Source: an uncultured delta proteobacterium
Lineage (GTDB): Bacteria > Desulfobacterota > Binatia > UBA9968
Length of the DNA stretch: 64,000 bases
Direction of reading: 5' to 3'
NCBI GenBank assembly: GCA_963737905.1
Contig: CAVTUQ010000025.1
Span: 224,001 to 288,000 of the forward strand
In this document: positions 39,923 to 49,880 of the stretch, piece by piece
Position numbering within the stretch: position 1 is the stretch's first letter
Layout of the letters: each line of letters begins with the position of its first letter
Notes under the pieces: model-generated
What the model was told of the DNA's origin: nothing
The model's database searches: none
The model's input: the letters and a program-made list of their open reading frames with translations, nothing else
Program-made: the position numbers and the translations under genes

Positions 39923-40136
39923 ATCAATCGGTTAAAGAACACCTTACCTCTCATTCTTCGGCTGGTTATCGAAAGCCAGCGAATTTTCCTCAGGCCTGTA
40001 AGGAGTCGCTGTTTCGACTATTGACAACAACCCGGCTGTTCATTAAGAAAATAAGGCCCATTGGGCGGCCGCGCGGGGTTCGAATGGGGCCTTCTTCGGG
40101 CTTCGACAAATCTCTCAAGAGTGGAATTGAAAAAAC

Positions 40137-40496
40137 ATGCCAAGAACAAAAAAGAAGAGCGTAGGACGACCTGCGAAGAACCGATCTGATAACTATTTCG
40201 ACGACGCCGGCCACGACGAAGCGGAAGACGAAGATCTACCAAGCGACGAAGCGGGCAGACGCAAGATTAAGAAGAACTACGAAGAGCTGTTGGGCATTCG
40301 CATCGAGAAACTCCGGGGTCGGATCCTCAACCGCGAGAAAATCAACAAGAGCATCGATGGAGTTTATTTCATCTGCTTCGAATGCAAAAAAATCTGCCAC
40401 AATCTCGACGAAGGCTGGGTCGAGGAAGCAGAAACCCAAAATAGCTTTTGCGGAACCTGCGCCAAAGTCAAAGGCATCCGCAGCAGCGCCGCTTAG
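40137..40496 (+). CDS. Small C4 zinc-finger protein, DksA/TraR-like
   Basis: Acidic patch, helical segment, then IDGVYFICFEC...FCGTC. Confidence 0.65.
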   Translation: MPRTKKKSVGRPAKNRSDNYFDDAGHDEAEDEDLPSDEAGRRKIKKNYEELLGIRIEKLRGRILNREKINKSIDGVYFICFECKKICHNLDEGWVEEAETQNSFCGTCAKVKGIRSSAA

Positions 40497-41464
40497 GGCG
40501 TCCCCTTTAAACGGTTGAGTACCTCCTCGAGTTCGACCGGCAATTTCGACTCAGTCTTGACAATCCGGCGGCTCTCAGGGTGGGAAAATTCAAGAAAACA
40601 GGCGTGCAAAAAATGGCGTTTCAAGCCAAGCTTTTCCGGGTTATTCTCGCCATAAAAGGCATCCCCAACGATGGGATGACCGATGGCCGCCAGGTGAACT
40701 CGGATCTGATGGGTCACGCCGGTGTCCATCTCGATTTCCAATAGACTCAACCCGTCAACGTCCTGCAGCTTTCGAAAACGAGTTAAGGCTTCCCAACTCT
40801 TTTGTCTCGTAGAGCGGAGCGAACTATCGGTTATCGCCCGCATCCGTCTCCTGTCGCGAAAATCGTGGGCAATGGGGTAAGTGACCGCGCCTTGAGCCTT
40901 GGTTATACCCCACACCAGCGCCCAATACTTTTTCTTAACTTGCCGCCGGCGAAATTGCAGCCGCAGATCGTCAAAAGCGACCTGCGTTTTGGCAACCAAC
41001 ACCAAGCCCGACGTCTCACGATCGAGACGATGGACCAAACCCGGCTCCCACCGGCTCATGCCGATCACCAGCAGATCGGGACGCTCTGCGGCGAGAAAAT
41101 TTGCCAGCGTATCATGGTCTCGTCCAGAGAAACCGTGCGTCGCCATTCCCCCCGGTTTGTCTACCACCAGAACGGATGCGTCTTCGTAAACGATCTTTAC
41201 CTGAAGGTGGAACTGGGAAACCGGAGTGGTTAGCAGCCAATGCTGCAACCCCTTAAATGTGACCCGATCCCCAGGCAAGAGTTTGTCTCCTTTTTCTCCC
41301 AGCCTTTTATTGATCCGGAAAAGCCTGTCACGGATCGCATTCTCCACTTCTCGACGAGAGAGATGAGGCAAACAACGACGCACGAAGGCGTCGAGGCGTA
41401 TTTCCTCCGAGTCATTGGGAACGATCCATGATCGGGTGATCGAAGGTAACGCTTGCTCCGACAT
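40493..41464 (-). CDS. RluA-family pseudouridine synthase with S4 domain
   Basis: RLDAFV, VDKPGG, VHRLDRETSG, GVTHQIRVH, GD; start at ATG 41464. Confidence 0.92.
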   Translation of the reverse strand: MSEQALPSITRSWIVPNDSEEIRLDAFVRRCLPHLSRREVENAIRDRLFRINKRLGEKGDKLLPGDRVTFKGLQHWLLTTPVSQFHLQVKIVYEDASVLVVDKPGGMATHGFSGRDHDTLANFLAAERPDLLVIGMSRWEPGLVHRLDRETSGLVLVAKTQVAFDDLRLQFRRRQVKKKYWALVWGITKAQGAVTYPIAHDFRDRRRMRAITDSSLRSTRQKSWEALTRFRKLQDVDGLSLLEIEMDTGVTHQIRVHLAAIGHPIVGDAFYGENNPEKLGLKRHFLHACFLEFSHPESRRIVKTESKLPVELEEVLNRLKGTP

Positions 41465-41512
41465 AGTTCCTACCGTACTATACGTTGGAATTATCCGAAC
41501 CGGAACACAGAG

Positions 41513-42625
41513 ATGAAACCACAATGCTACAGCGTGATCATCGCGGGCGGCAAAGGCACACGTTTTTGGCCGCTTAGCCGCTCCCTACGGCCCAAACAAC
41601 TGCTGAAGATTTTGAGTCGACGAAGCCTGATCAGTGAAACAGCCGATCGGGTGTTATCCATCAGCGGGCGAAAACAAACTCTCGTCGTCACGGTGGCGGA
41701 ACAGCTAAACGCACTCCGCAAAGAGCTGCACAATCTTCCCCGAAAGAATTTTCTGGCGGAACCCCAGGGCAATAACACCGCCCCTTGCATCGGGCTAGCG
41801 GCTTTGGAAGTTGCCGCACGGGATCCCGACGCCGTGATGGTCATCCTCCCGGCCGATCACTGGGTTACGGATATCAACGGGTTCCGAAATAAAATCAGGT
41901 CGGCCGTCGAAATTGCAACGCGTCACGATCATTTGGTAACCGTTGGCATTCGACCGGACTATCCTGAAACCGGCTACGGATATATTATGAAGGGAAAATC
42001 GTTTCGCCGACAACCCGGAATCGTATATCAAGTGAAGCGATTCACGGAGAAACCCTCAGTGTCAATGGCGCGACGACTGATTCGGCAAGGTTCTCTCTGG
42101 AATAGCGGCATTTTCGTCTGGAAAGCCTCCCTCCTCTTGGAACTGATGCAACGTTATCAACCCGTGATTGCACGGGGATTGGAGCAAATCAAAAAAGCTG
42201 CGCGCGGAAAGTCGCTCGGTGCTCCATCCCAGCGGCTCCGCAACATCATCTCGCGGGAATATAAAAAGATGCCCAACATCTCCATTGACTACGCCGTTTT
42301 GGAGAAGGCCGGCGCGGAAGGCAAAGTCATCACCTTAGAAACCGACTTCGGCTGGAGCGATGTAGGAAGTTGGGCCGCAGTCCACCGCATGCTGCCGCAC
42401 GATGAGGACGGCAATGCCGGAAACGGCAAATGGCTCACTCTGGGAGCCAAAAATTCTCTAATCCACGCTCAGGACCGCTTGGTGGTGCTCCTGGGCGTCG
42501 AGGACACCGTGGTCGTGGACACACCCGATGCCTTGCTGGTCGGCGACCTCAAGCGGTCACAAGAGGTACGTGAGTTAGTGAATCAGCTGAAGAAGAAAGG
42601 CTACGGCGCTTATACCATCAAGTAA
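41513..42625 (+). CDS. Mannose-1-phosphate guanylyltransferase
   Basis: AGGKGTRFWPLSR..PKQ, PADH, ETGYGYI, FTEKP, SIDYAVLEK, WSDVGSW. Confidence 0.93.
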   Translation: MKPQCYSVIIAGGKGTRFWPLSRSLRPKQLLKILSRRSLISETADRVLSISGRKQTLVVTVAEQLNALRKELHNLPRKNFLAEPQGNNTAPCIGLAALEVAARDPDAVMVILPADHWVTDINGFRNKIRSAVEIATRHDHLVTVGIRPDYPETGYGYIMKGKSFRRQPGIVYQVKRFTEKPSVSMARRLIRQGSLWNSGIFVWKASLLLELMQRYQPVIARGLEQIKKAARGKSLGAPSQRLRNIISREYKKMPNISIDYAVLEKAGAEGKVITLETDFGWSDVGSWAAVHRMLPHDEDGNAGNGKWLTLGAKNSLIHAQDRLVVLLGVEDTVVVDTPDALLVGDLKRSQEVRELVNQLKKKGYGAYTIK

Positions 42626-42655
42626 CCGCCGCCATAAAAAGTTTCGCTATCCATT

Positions 42656-43477
42656 GTGAATCCAAAAGCTTTACGCGGGCCGTTTCTGGAAAACGAGCCG
42701 GTGGTTTTCTTGGACCGCAAAGACAGAGAATACCTGGCACGGCTCGATCGAAGCCGACCTATCGCCATCCGCGGCGGAAAAATTTTCATCGAAGATATCA
42801 TCGGTCATGAGGAAGGCAGTGTGGTCCGTTCCTCGGTGAACGAACCTTTCTTAGTTTTCCGCCCGAGTCTTTCACAGCTTATTCCCCATTTGCCGCGTAA
42901 CGCCCAGGTCATTTATCCCAAAGACCTTGGACCCATCTTGATTTGGGCCGATCTCTTTCCCGGGTCGCGCGTCGTGGAGGCGGGCGTGGGCGCCGGAGCG
43001 CTCAGCATGGCGCTGCTGCGCGCCATCGCCGGCGAAGGGCATCTTTACTCCTACGAGATTCGCCAAGACTTTGCCGCAATGGCAGAAAAAAACGTCGCAA
43101 AATATTTCGGCGCGGCACCGAACTGGACCCTGAAGATCGGGGACATATCGACGGAGTTGCACGAGAGTAACATAGATCGAATCATCTTGGATCTACCAGA
43201 GCCCTGGCAAGTGATCGAATCAGCCTGGAAGGCTCTCAGGCCGGGCGGTATTTTGCTCTGCTATCTGCCGACCGTGCTCCAAATAAAAAGCCTGGTTGAC
43301 GCGCTTCGAGACGACCAACGATTTGGTTGCATCGAAACAATGGAGACACTCATGCGCTTCTGGCACATCAAAGGGATGAGCGCCCGGCCTCAGCACCGCA
43401 TGGTGGCTCACACGGGGTTTCTTACTTGCGCTCGAAGACTGGCGGACGGCCAAAAGGACATTCCCCGAAGTCCCTGA
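42656..43477 (+). CDS. trmI: tRNA (adenine(58)-N1)-methyltransferase
   Basis: QVIYPKD, EAGVGAGALS, LDLPEPW, RPQHRMVAHTGFL. Confidence 0.9.
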   Translation: MNPKALRGPFLENEPVVFLDRKDREYLARLDRSRPIAIRGGKIFIEDIIGHEEGSVVRSSVNEPFLVFRPSLSQLIPHLPRNAQVIYPKDLGPILIWADLFPGSRVVEAGVGAGALSMALLRAIAGEGHLYSYEIRQDFAAMAEKNVAKYFGAAPNWTLKIGDISTELHESNIDRIILDLPEPWQVIESAWKALRPGGILLCYLPTVLQIKSLVDALRDDQRFGCIETMETLMRFWHIKGMSARPQHRMVAHTGFLTCARRLADGQKDIPRSP

Positions 43478-43539
43478 GTCTTTGACGAATCTCGCCATTC
43501 AGGAAAATCTGGGGAATGTCCAGCAGACGAGCGCGTCGC

Positions 43540-44406
43540 TCACGGATAGCCCCTTTGCAACCACCACTCGGCAATTTCGATCCGCTTGGCGAACCACACT
43601 TTGGAAAAGCCCTTGGCGTATTTGATGAACTCATCGATAATCTTGGTCCGGAACGGAACACCGGATACAAAAGGGTGAAGATTGAAGGCAAAGTATTTCG
43701 GTGCCCCCTGTTCCCCTTCCCAGTAGAGATAGTCAAACTGGTCCTTCATGATCTGCAGTAGATCTCTCGGCGTTCTTCCCGTCCCATAGGTGGAGTAATC
43801 GTTACACCCGGGGACGTTATAGGGAACAACGACGACTTTTCGTCCCCGCGCTTCGAGTATATAAGGATTGTCACTGTTCAGAGGGTCCGCCCACCAAACA
43901 AAACCTGCTTCGGCTACCAGTTCCAGCGTGTTGGGTGTAGAAGCGTGGCCAGGGGAGAGGTACCCTGTGGGCTTTTGCCCCAGGACTTTTTCAAAGGCCG
44001 CTACCGTCTTTTGGATAGTTTCGCGCTCCTGCTCTTTGGTGTACATGAAGGAATATTCATGCTCATAGCTTTCGGACGAGAATTCATGGCCCCTGGCCTT
44101 GAATTCTCGGCATTCATCGGCGAATTGCTCCACTTTCAGTCCGTTCATCAGAAACGTCACCTTGAGGTTATGACGGTCAAAAAGATCTGTTATTCTCCAG
44201 ATTCCAACGCGGTCGCCGTATTCTCGCTCGGTGACCAATGCCATGTTCTGCTTAAAAACCGCTTTCGGCGGCGGCAGGGTGGCACCGCCGTGGCGCTGCA
44301 GCGATTCGTGGGTGGCAAAATTGTCCGGCCATACTTCCCACGGCACGATGAAGGTCACGCAGATTTTGGCTTTTTCCGGCCATTCTATCGGTTTTGGTCT
44401 GCCCAT
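43540..44406 (-). CDS. Polysaccharide deacetylase family protein (PuuE-like)
   Basis: REYGDRVGIWRI, DQFDYLYWEG, LHPFVSG. Confidence 0.82.
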   Translation of the reverse strand: MGRPKPIEWPEKAKICVTFIVPWEVWPDNFATHESLQRHGGATLPPPKAVFKQNMALVTEREYGDRVGIWRITDLFDRHNLKVTFLMNGLKVEQFADECREFKARGHEFSSESYEHEYSFMYTKEQERETIQKTVAAFEKVLGQKPTGYLSPGHASTPNTLELVAEAGFVWWADPLNSDNPYILEARGRKVVVVPYNVPGCNDYSTYGTGRTPRDLLQIMKDQFDYLYWEGEQGAPKYFAFNLHPFVSGVPFRTKIIDEFIKYAKGFSKVWFAKRIEIAEWWLQRGYP

Positions 44407-44621
44407 GATTTCCTCGCTTTGCAATATTTTTAGTTTGACGTGGTTGCTCTCTCAGAGTTCACAAAAAATCGGTTGACGCGAATTTTACTCTCGGTCTGAA
44501 CGAACCAAAGATATATTGTACGCGGCTTGGATCGTCAAGTGGAGGAGCACGACCGCACCAATTTTCTCAGGGAGCAATGAGCTTGACATCCCTGATGTGG
44601 CTATCTAAAGATTGAGCGCCG

Positions 44622-45410
44622 ATGGTTTCATTCATTCAAGCCCGTAACGTCAGTCTTTCGTTCAGGCCCAAAAACCGCGAACCGGTAACCGCGCTCAAGA
44701 ACTTCACGATCGAAGTTTCCAAAGGCGAGTTCGTCAGCATCGTCGGACCATCAGGCTGCGGCAAGAGCACTTTTCTGAACATCGTCTTAGGTCTCATTAA
44801 ACCTGACACCGGGGAGATACGGCTGAATGACACCCCAGTCACAGGACCGGGCCAAGAGCGGGCCATGGTGTTCCAAGAGTTCGGCCTGTTGCCTTGGAGA
44901 ACGGTGGCGGCTAATGTCGAATTAGGGCTCGAACTCAAAGGCGTTCCCGCCGCGCAAAGAGCTGATCGCGCCACGGAGTTGATAAAACTTGTGGGACTGG
45001 CGGGCTTTGAACGACACTATCCCCACGAGCTATCGGGAGGTATGAAACAGCGTGTGGGACTCGCTCGTGCCTTGGCGACAGAACCTGAGGTGTTGCTGAT
45101 GGATGAGCCATTCGCCGCGCTGGATGCGCAGACACGGGACCTAATGCAGGCGGAACTGCTGCAGATCTGGGAGCGGACCCAAAAGACCGTCCTCTTTGTA
45201 ACCCACAGTATCGAGGAGGCGGCTTACCTTTCCGACCGCGTGATCGTTATGACCGCAAGGCCGGGCCGGACCAAGAGTGTCTTGAAAATCGACCTGCCTC
45301 GGCCAAGGGACTATGAAATGAGACTGTGCGCGGAGTTCAACGATATCAAGGCCGATATCTGGAGCACGCTCAAGGACGAGCTGATCAGGAGGAGCGGCGA
45401 TGGGGCTTAA
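44622..45410 (+). CDS. ABC transporter ATP-binding protein (nitrate/sulfonate/taurine type)
   Basis: GPSGCGKS, LSGGMKQR, MDEPF. Confidence 0.93.
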   Translation: MVSFIQARNVSLSFRPKNREPVTALKNFTIEVSKGEFVSIVGPSGCGKSTFLNIVLGLIKPDTGEIRLNDTPVTGPGQERAMVFQEFGLLPWRTVAANVELGLELKGVPAAQRADRATELIKLVGLAGFERHYPHELSGGMKQRVGLARALATEPEVLLMDEPFAALDAQTRDLMQAELLQIWERTQKTVLFVTHSIEEAAYLSDRVIVMTARPGRTKSVLKIDLPRPRDYEMRLCAEFNDIKADIWSTLKDELIRRSGDGA

Positions 45411-46188
45411 AGGGATCTATCAAGAATATTATAGGCTGATTCTGGGATCGGCTTCCGTTTTGAGTTTTATCTTGGTTTGGGAGATTGTGTTAACCTTCCT
45501 GATTCCACTAAATCCATTTTTCTTCACCAAACCTTCCTTGATTGCGGTTGCATTCAAGGAGCAAGTCATCTATGGCGCCCTCTGGGGCGATCTGGCAGTC
45601 AGCAGCAGGGCTTTTTTGTGGGGCTTTGGCTTCGCCGTTCTACTGGGCATACCCTTAGGGGCGTTTATGGGTTGGCGACGGAGGGCCGGTTACACGCTCG
45701 ATCCCTTTTTCACCGCGCTCTACGCAAGCCCCCTCGTTGCCCTCGCCCCTCTCCTTATTGTCGTCTTCGGCGTAGGACTTTTGGCCAAATCAGTTTTGGT
45801 CTTTGCGCTCTCTGTTTTTCCCTTCATATTCAACACCTTTGCCGGCGTGCGCTCAACCGATCCGCTGCTTATCAACGTGGTCAGATCATTTGGCGGCGGA
45901 GAAAAAGATCTTTACTTTAAGGTCATCTTCCCGGCTACGCTTCCCTACATCATCGCCGGCGCCAGAATCGCGCTCGGCAGAGGACTGGTTGGGATCATTG
46001 TCGGAGAATTCTACGCGGCTTCCGAGGGAATCGGCTTCGCCATTTCCCGCTTTGGTGATACCTACCGGCTGCCCGAAATGTTCGCGGGGATATTCGTGTT
46101 GATGATCGCAGCCGTGGTTCTGACCGAAGGCATGAGGAAACTCGAAGCCGTGCTGGCCCCCTGGAGGACGAGACAGGAGACGCGATGA
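45400..46188 (+). CDS. ABC transporter permease (SsuC/TauC type)
   Basis: TM helices, RSFGGGE loop, PYIIAGAR, GEFY. Confidence 0.9.
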   Translation: MGLKGIYQEYYRLILGSASVLSFILVWEIVLTFLIPLNPFFFTKPSLIAVAFKEQVIYGALWGDLAVSSRAFLWGFGFAVLLGIPLGAFMGWRRRAGYTLDPFFTALYASPLVALAPLLIVVFGVGLLAKSVLVFALSVFPFIFNTFAGVRSTDPLLINVVRSFGGGEKDLYFKVIFPATLPYIIAGARIALGRGLVGIIVGEFYAASEGIGFAISRFGDTYRLPEMFAGIFVLMIAAVVLTEGMRKLEAVLAPWRTRQETR

Positions 46189-46985
46189 ACCGTCTGGCGA
46201 GCTTCTATTCCGAAAAAGAGGCCCACATCCTGGGCGCAGGGTTCATTCTGCTTTTGATCGTCCTATGGGAATTGATCCCCCATCTGTTAACGCTATCGAA
46301 GGGAATGTCTCTCTTCTTTACCACGCCCTTGAGGGTCATCGAGGCGGGCTACCAGTTAATCGTCGAGAACAAAATCCAGGAACACTTATATGTGAGCTCC
46401 ATTGAGTTCCTTCTCGGGCTGGGACTGGCCATCGCCGTGGGGTTACCGGTGGGACTGATCACAGGTAGATCCCGCGTCCTGGATGCCATGGTCGATCCTT
46501 TCGTGACCGTCTTCAACGCCACCCCCAGGATCATCTTCCTGCCTCTTTTCATCCTCTGGTTCGGGATCGGGATGTGGTCGAAGATCATGATTGTCTTCGT
46601 CGGCGCCGTATTCCCGCTCCTCATCAATACCTATGAGGGCGTGAAGAATGTCGATCGAGTTCTGGTCAACGTCGTAAGATCGTTCGGAGCCAACGAGTGG
46701 CAGACGATGAAGATAGTAGTTCTGCCCAATTCGGTTCCGTATATTGTCGCCGGACTCCGCCTCGCGATTGGTCGGGCGGTCCTCGGCGTGGTCGTTGGCG
46801 AATTTTTTGGGGCCAGCAAAGGTCTCGGCTTCATGATTGCCACGGCCGCCACAAACTACAAAGTGGATGTGGTGTTCGTCGGAGTAGCGATATTTATGGG
46901 ACTCTCTCTGATCCTGACCATGGCAGTAAAAAAAATTGAATCCAACCTCGCCCGCTGGCGACCCGAGCAAGCAAAGACCTTCTAG
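46185..46985 (+). CDS. ABC transporter permease (SsuC/TauC type)
   Basis: RSFGANE, PYIVAGLRLA, GEFF; ATGA overlap with the previous gene. Confidence 0.9.
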   Translation: MNRLASFYSEKEAHILGAGFILLLIVLWELIPHLLTLSKGMSLFFTTPLRVIEAGYQLIVENKIQEHLYVSSIEFLLGLGLAIAVGLPVGLITGRSRVLDAMVDPFVTVFNATPRIIFLPLFILWFGIGMWSKIMIVFVGAVFPLLINTYEGVKNVDRVLVNVVRSFGANEWQTMKIVVLPNSVPYIVAGLRLAIGRAVLGVVVGEFFGASKGLGFMIATAATNYKVDVVFVGVAIFMGLSLILTMAVKKIESNLARWRPEQAKTF

Positions 46986-47039
46986 GATGGTAGACTCAGG
47001 AGGCACACGTTCTTCCTGGTGCTCTTCCCCTTCTACTTC

Positions 47040-48059
47040 TTACTTCGTCACCTTCCTTCCCATCTCCTTGAGCGCTTCATTCAAGAGGTCGCGGGCGACG
47101 AATTGCTCTATGTCCGGCAACGGCTTGCCCGCTGGCCAGCCCAGTTCTGGTGTAGTCCTCGACTGAAATAGATCCATTAGCAAGTCATGGGGGATTTCCG
47201 GTCCAAACGCATTCGAGACTTGCTTGTATATCCCTTCCGCCAAAGCGGCATCTTGGATTTCAAAATACTTTTGAATCACCTCGAGGGTGCCCTGCTTGTT
47301 GTTCTTGACATAATCGTTGGCTTTGGCCATCGCCCGGATAAACCTCTTCGTCACATCGCGCTTCTCTTTGATAACGTCCCGGTGGGTGATGAACGTGCCT
47401 CCGAGCCTCGGGATGTAATCTCCTGTTTTCACCAGGATCTTCATTCCGGCCTTTTCCGCTCTTGCAGCATGGGGAAACGATAAGATCGCAGCCTGAATGG
47501 ATTTGTTGATAAGTGCGGCTACCCTGTCCGTTTCCGCATTAAAGGTGATGACCTTGTAGTCCTTACCCGGCTCCATCTTGAAGAATTTTCCGAGCACGAC
47601 TACCGCCTCGGTATAAGCAGCCGCTCCCGGCCTCTCAAGACCAACGGTTTTTCCTTTCAGATCCTCCACCTGTTTTATTTCCGGCGTAGTAGTGATCGTC
47701 CACTGGGAGATCAGAGACTCGCCCACGATAAAGGCCAGCGGCGCCCCCTTGAGCATCGCCTCAGCACCTCCACCCGGGATCGGAACAAACTCTATCTCTT
47801 TGGCGATCGCCGCTCTAACCAAGACGCTCGCGGTCGTCGTAATGAATTCGGCATCTAGGCCCTCTCCTTTGAAAAATCCCTTGTCCATCGCCACGTAAGA
47901 GGGAATATGAAATCCGCTTCCGCCGATCGTCCTTCCCACCTTGACCTTGGTTAACTGAGCGGCAACCGGCTGAGTCCCTGACAAAATAATCATAGCCATG
48001 GCGGCTGTGGCCATTCCCTTTACCCAGTTTGATATCAGACCGATACGAAAGGTTGGCAT
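47040..48059 (-). CDS. ABC substrate-binding protein (SsuA/NMT1-like)
   Basis: Signal peptide, DKGFFKGEGLD, EDLKGKTVG, RFIRA. Confidence 0.85.
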   Translation of the reverse strand: MPTFRIGLISNWVKGMATAAMAMIILSGTQPVAAQLTKVKVGRTIGGSGFHIPSYVAMDKGFFKGEGLDAEFITTTASVLVRAAIAKEIEFVPIPGGGAEAMLKGAPLAFIVGESLISQWTITTTPEIKQVEDLKGKTVGLERPGAAAYTEAVVVLGKFFKMEPGKDYKVITFNAETDRVAALINKSIQAAILSFPHAARAEKAGMKILVKTGDYIPRLGGTFITHRDVIKEKRDVTKRFIRAMAKANDYVKNNKQGTLEVIQKYFEIQDAALAEGIYKQVSNAFGPEIPHDLLMDLFQSRTTPELGWPAGKPLPDIEQFVARDLLNEALKEMGRKVTK

Positions 48060-48156
48060 CGATTTCCTCCTTTGCCCGATCCCGCGGCACGCGTCGTTGC
48101 CGAGTTAAAAGCTACTTATCCCTTCAAGTAAACAAAGACAAGATCTTTTCGGTCAA

Positions 48157-48186
48157 TTGACATCTGTCTATCGGATGACTTAATTT
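48157..48186 (+). promoter_or_regulatory. Putative sigma70 promoter with overlapping inverted repeat
   Basis: TTGACA-N18-TAATTT; CATC-N9-GATG overlapping -35 and spacer. Confidence 0.45.
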
Positions 48187-48217
48187 AAGCGGCGATTGGA
48201 CTAGGGGGCCAGCTAAC

Positions 48218-49165
48218 ATGAACATTTTAATTACCGGGGCGGGACTCATCGGCTCAAACTGCGCACGGCACGCCATCGATGCCGGCAATAAAGTCGTTCT
48301 CTTCGATGTTTCACCCAACCACGATTATCTCCAGAAAGTCGTCGGCAAGGACCGTGCTGATGTGGTCGCTGCGGACATGCGGGATTTGCCGGCGCTCATC
48401 AGCGCCATGGAGCGCTACAACGTTGACACCGTGGTGCATACGGCGGGCCTGATCGGTTCCCGGGTGGCGCAAAATTCCTACACCGGCGCAACGAATAATA
48501 TTTTGGGCACAATCAATGTCTTGGAGGCCAGCCGGCTGCGCCGTCTGAGACGTGTCGTCTATGTGAGTACCTTTGGCGTCTACGACCGCGGAAAAATCAA
48601 TGACAGTGCCATTCGTGAAACCCACCCCATCGGCGGGCACAACCTCTACACCGTTACCAAGATTTGCTCAGAACATCTGGTCCGTTCTTATGCGGAGCAA
48701 TACAAGCTCGACACGATCATTATCCGGCCCAGCGGAGTCTTCGGTCGGGGACACTACGTCGGGGGCTCAACGGTCGGCAAGGTCATGCGCGACCTTGCCC
48801 TGAACACGATCAAAGGGGAGCCGTTTACGATTGACGCCAAAACCTACGGTCCAAACGAATATGTGTACGGTAAAGACGTAGGTCTCGCCCTCTTCCTAGC
48901 TTGCCAGGCGCAAAATCCCAAGCAGAGAATTTACAACGCTGGCAGCGGTGTGGTCACCGCCCCTGAGGCGCTGGCACAAACTGTTCGAGAATTGGCGCCG
49001 CAGACGGAAGTCAAGCTAACGGGTGCAAGCGGCGCTCCAAGCGACAAAAGCGCCCCACTCGATCTCAGTATATCCAAAGCAGAGCTCGGCTACACACCGC
49101 GGTTTCCGCTGAAAGAGGCCCTGCGGAATTACATGGAAGAGTTGTGGGAAGAACAGAGGAGCTAG
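48218..49165 (+). CDS. NAD-dependent epimerase/dehydratase
   Basis: TGAGLIG, YTVTK (YxxxK). Confidence 0.88.
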   Translation: MNILITGAGLIGSNCARHAIDAGNKVVLFDVSPNHDYLQKVVGKDRADVVAADMRDLPALISAMERYNVDTVVHTAGLIGSRVAQNSYTGATNNILGTINVLEASRLRRLRRVVYVSTFGVYDRGKINDSAIRETHPIGGHNLYTVTKICSEHLVRSYAEQYKLDTIIIRPSGVFGRGHYVGGSTVGKVMRDLALNTIKGEPFTIDAKTYGPNEYVYGKDVGLALFLACQAQNPKQRIYNAGSGVVTAPEALAQTVRELAPQTEVKLTGASGAPSDKSAPLDLSISKAELGYTPRFPLKEALRNYMEELWEEQRS

Positions 49166-49169
49166 GCTT

Positions 49170-49880
49170 TCAATCCGCCAACCGAAACCGAATCATATAA
49201 TACAGCGCCGCCATACCGTCCTTCCAAGTGATCTTCTTGCCTTCCTCGTAGGTGCGGCCGTGATAGGAAATCGGCACTTCGTAAAAGCGGCAGCCTCTTT
49301 TCGCCAATTTCACGGTGATCTCCGGCTCGAAGCCGAAGCGTTTTGACTTAAGATCGATGCCTTTTAAAACTTCAGCGCGGAAGACTTTGTAGCCCACTTC
49401 CATGTCAGAGAGGTTGAGATTGGTGAGCATATTGGAGAGCAGGGTCAGCATTCGATTGCCCATCGAGTGCCAAAAAAAATGGACACGGTGGGCTCCGCCG
49501 CCGGCAAAACGCGTCCCGTAAACGACATCCGCCTGTCCCGCCTGGATCGGCGCGAGCAAGCTCGGATAATCCTTTGGGTCGTATTCCAAGTCGGCATCCT
49601 GAACGATCACGATATCTCCGGTGACATGGCTGAGCGCGGTCTTGAGCGCCGCTCCCTTACCCTGATTCACCGGCTGAAAAAAAACTCTGATCTGATTCAG
49701 CGGATCCTGAGCGCGAGCTTTTTCTTCCTGTAATCGAGTAAGAATTGTCCGGCTTTGGTCCCCGGAGCCGTCGTCGACCAGAATTATTTCCTTGGGAATC
49801 TGGAAGTCGCACACGCGGCGCACGACCTCCTCCAGGGTGCGCTCCTCGTTGAAAACCGGGACCAGAACCGAGAGCTTCAC
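49170..49880 (-). CDS. Glycosyltransferase family 2 (DPM/UndP-sugar type)
   Basis: VPVFNE, VDDGS, NQGKGAA, QDADLEY, FGFEPE. Confidence 0.92.
   Translation of the reverse strand: MKLSVLVPVFNEERTLEEVVRRVCDFQIPKEIILVDDGSGDQSRTILTRLQEEKARAQDPLNQIRVFFQPVNQGKGAALKTALSHVTGDIVIVQDADLEYDPKDYPSLLAPIQAGQADVVYGTRFAGGGAHRVHFFWHSMGNRMLTLLSNMLTNLNLSDMEVGYKVFRAEVLKGIDLKSKRFGFEPEITVKLAKRGCRFYEVPISYHGRTYEEGKKITWKDGMAALYYMIRFRLAD

Noticed and set aside
40050-40110. GGTTCGAAT suggesting a tRNA T-arm
   Set aside because: No T-stem closure or cloverleaf; it folds as a simple hairpin.
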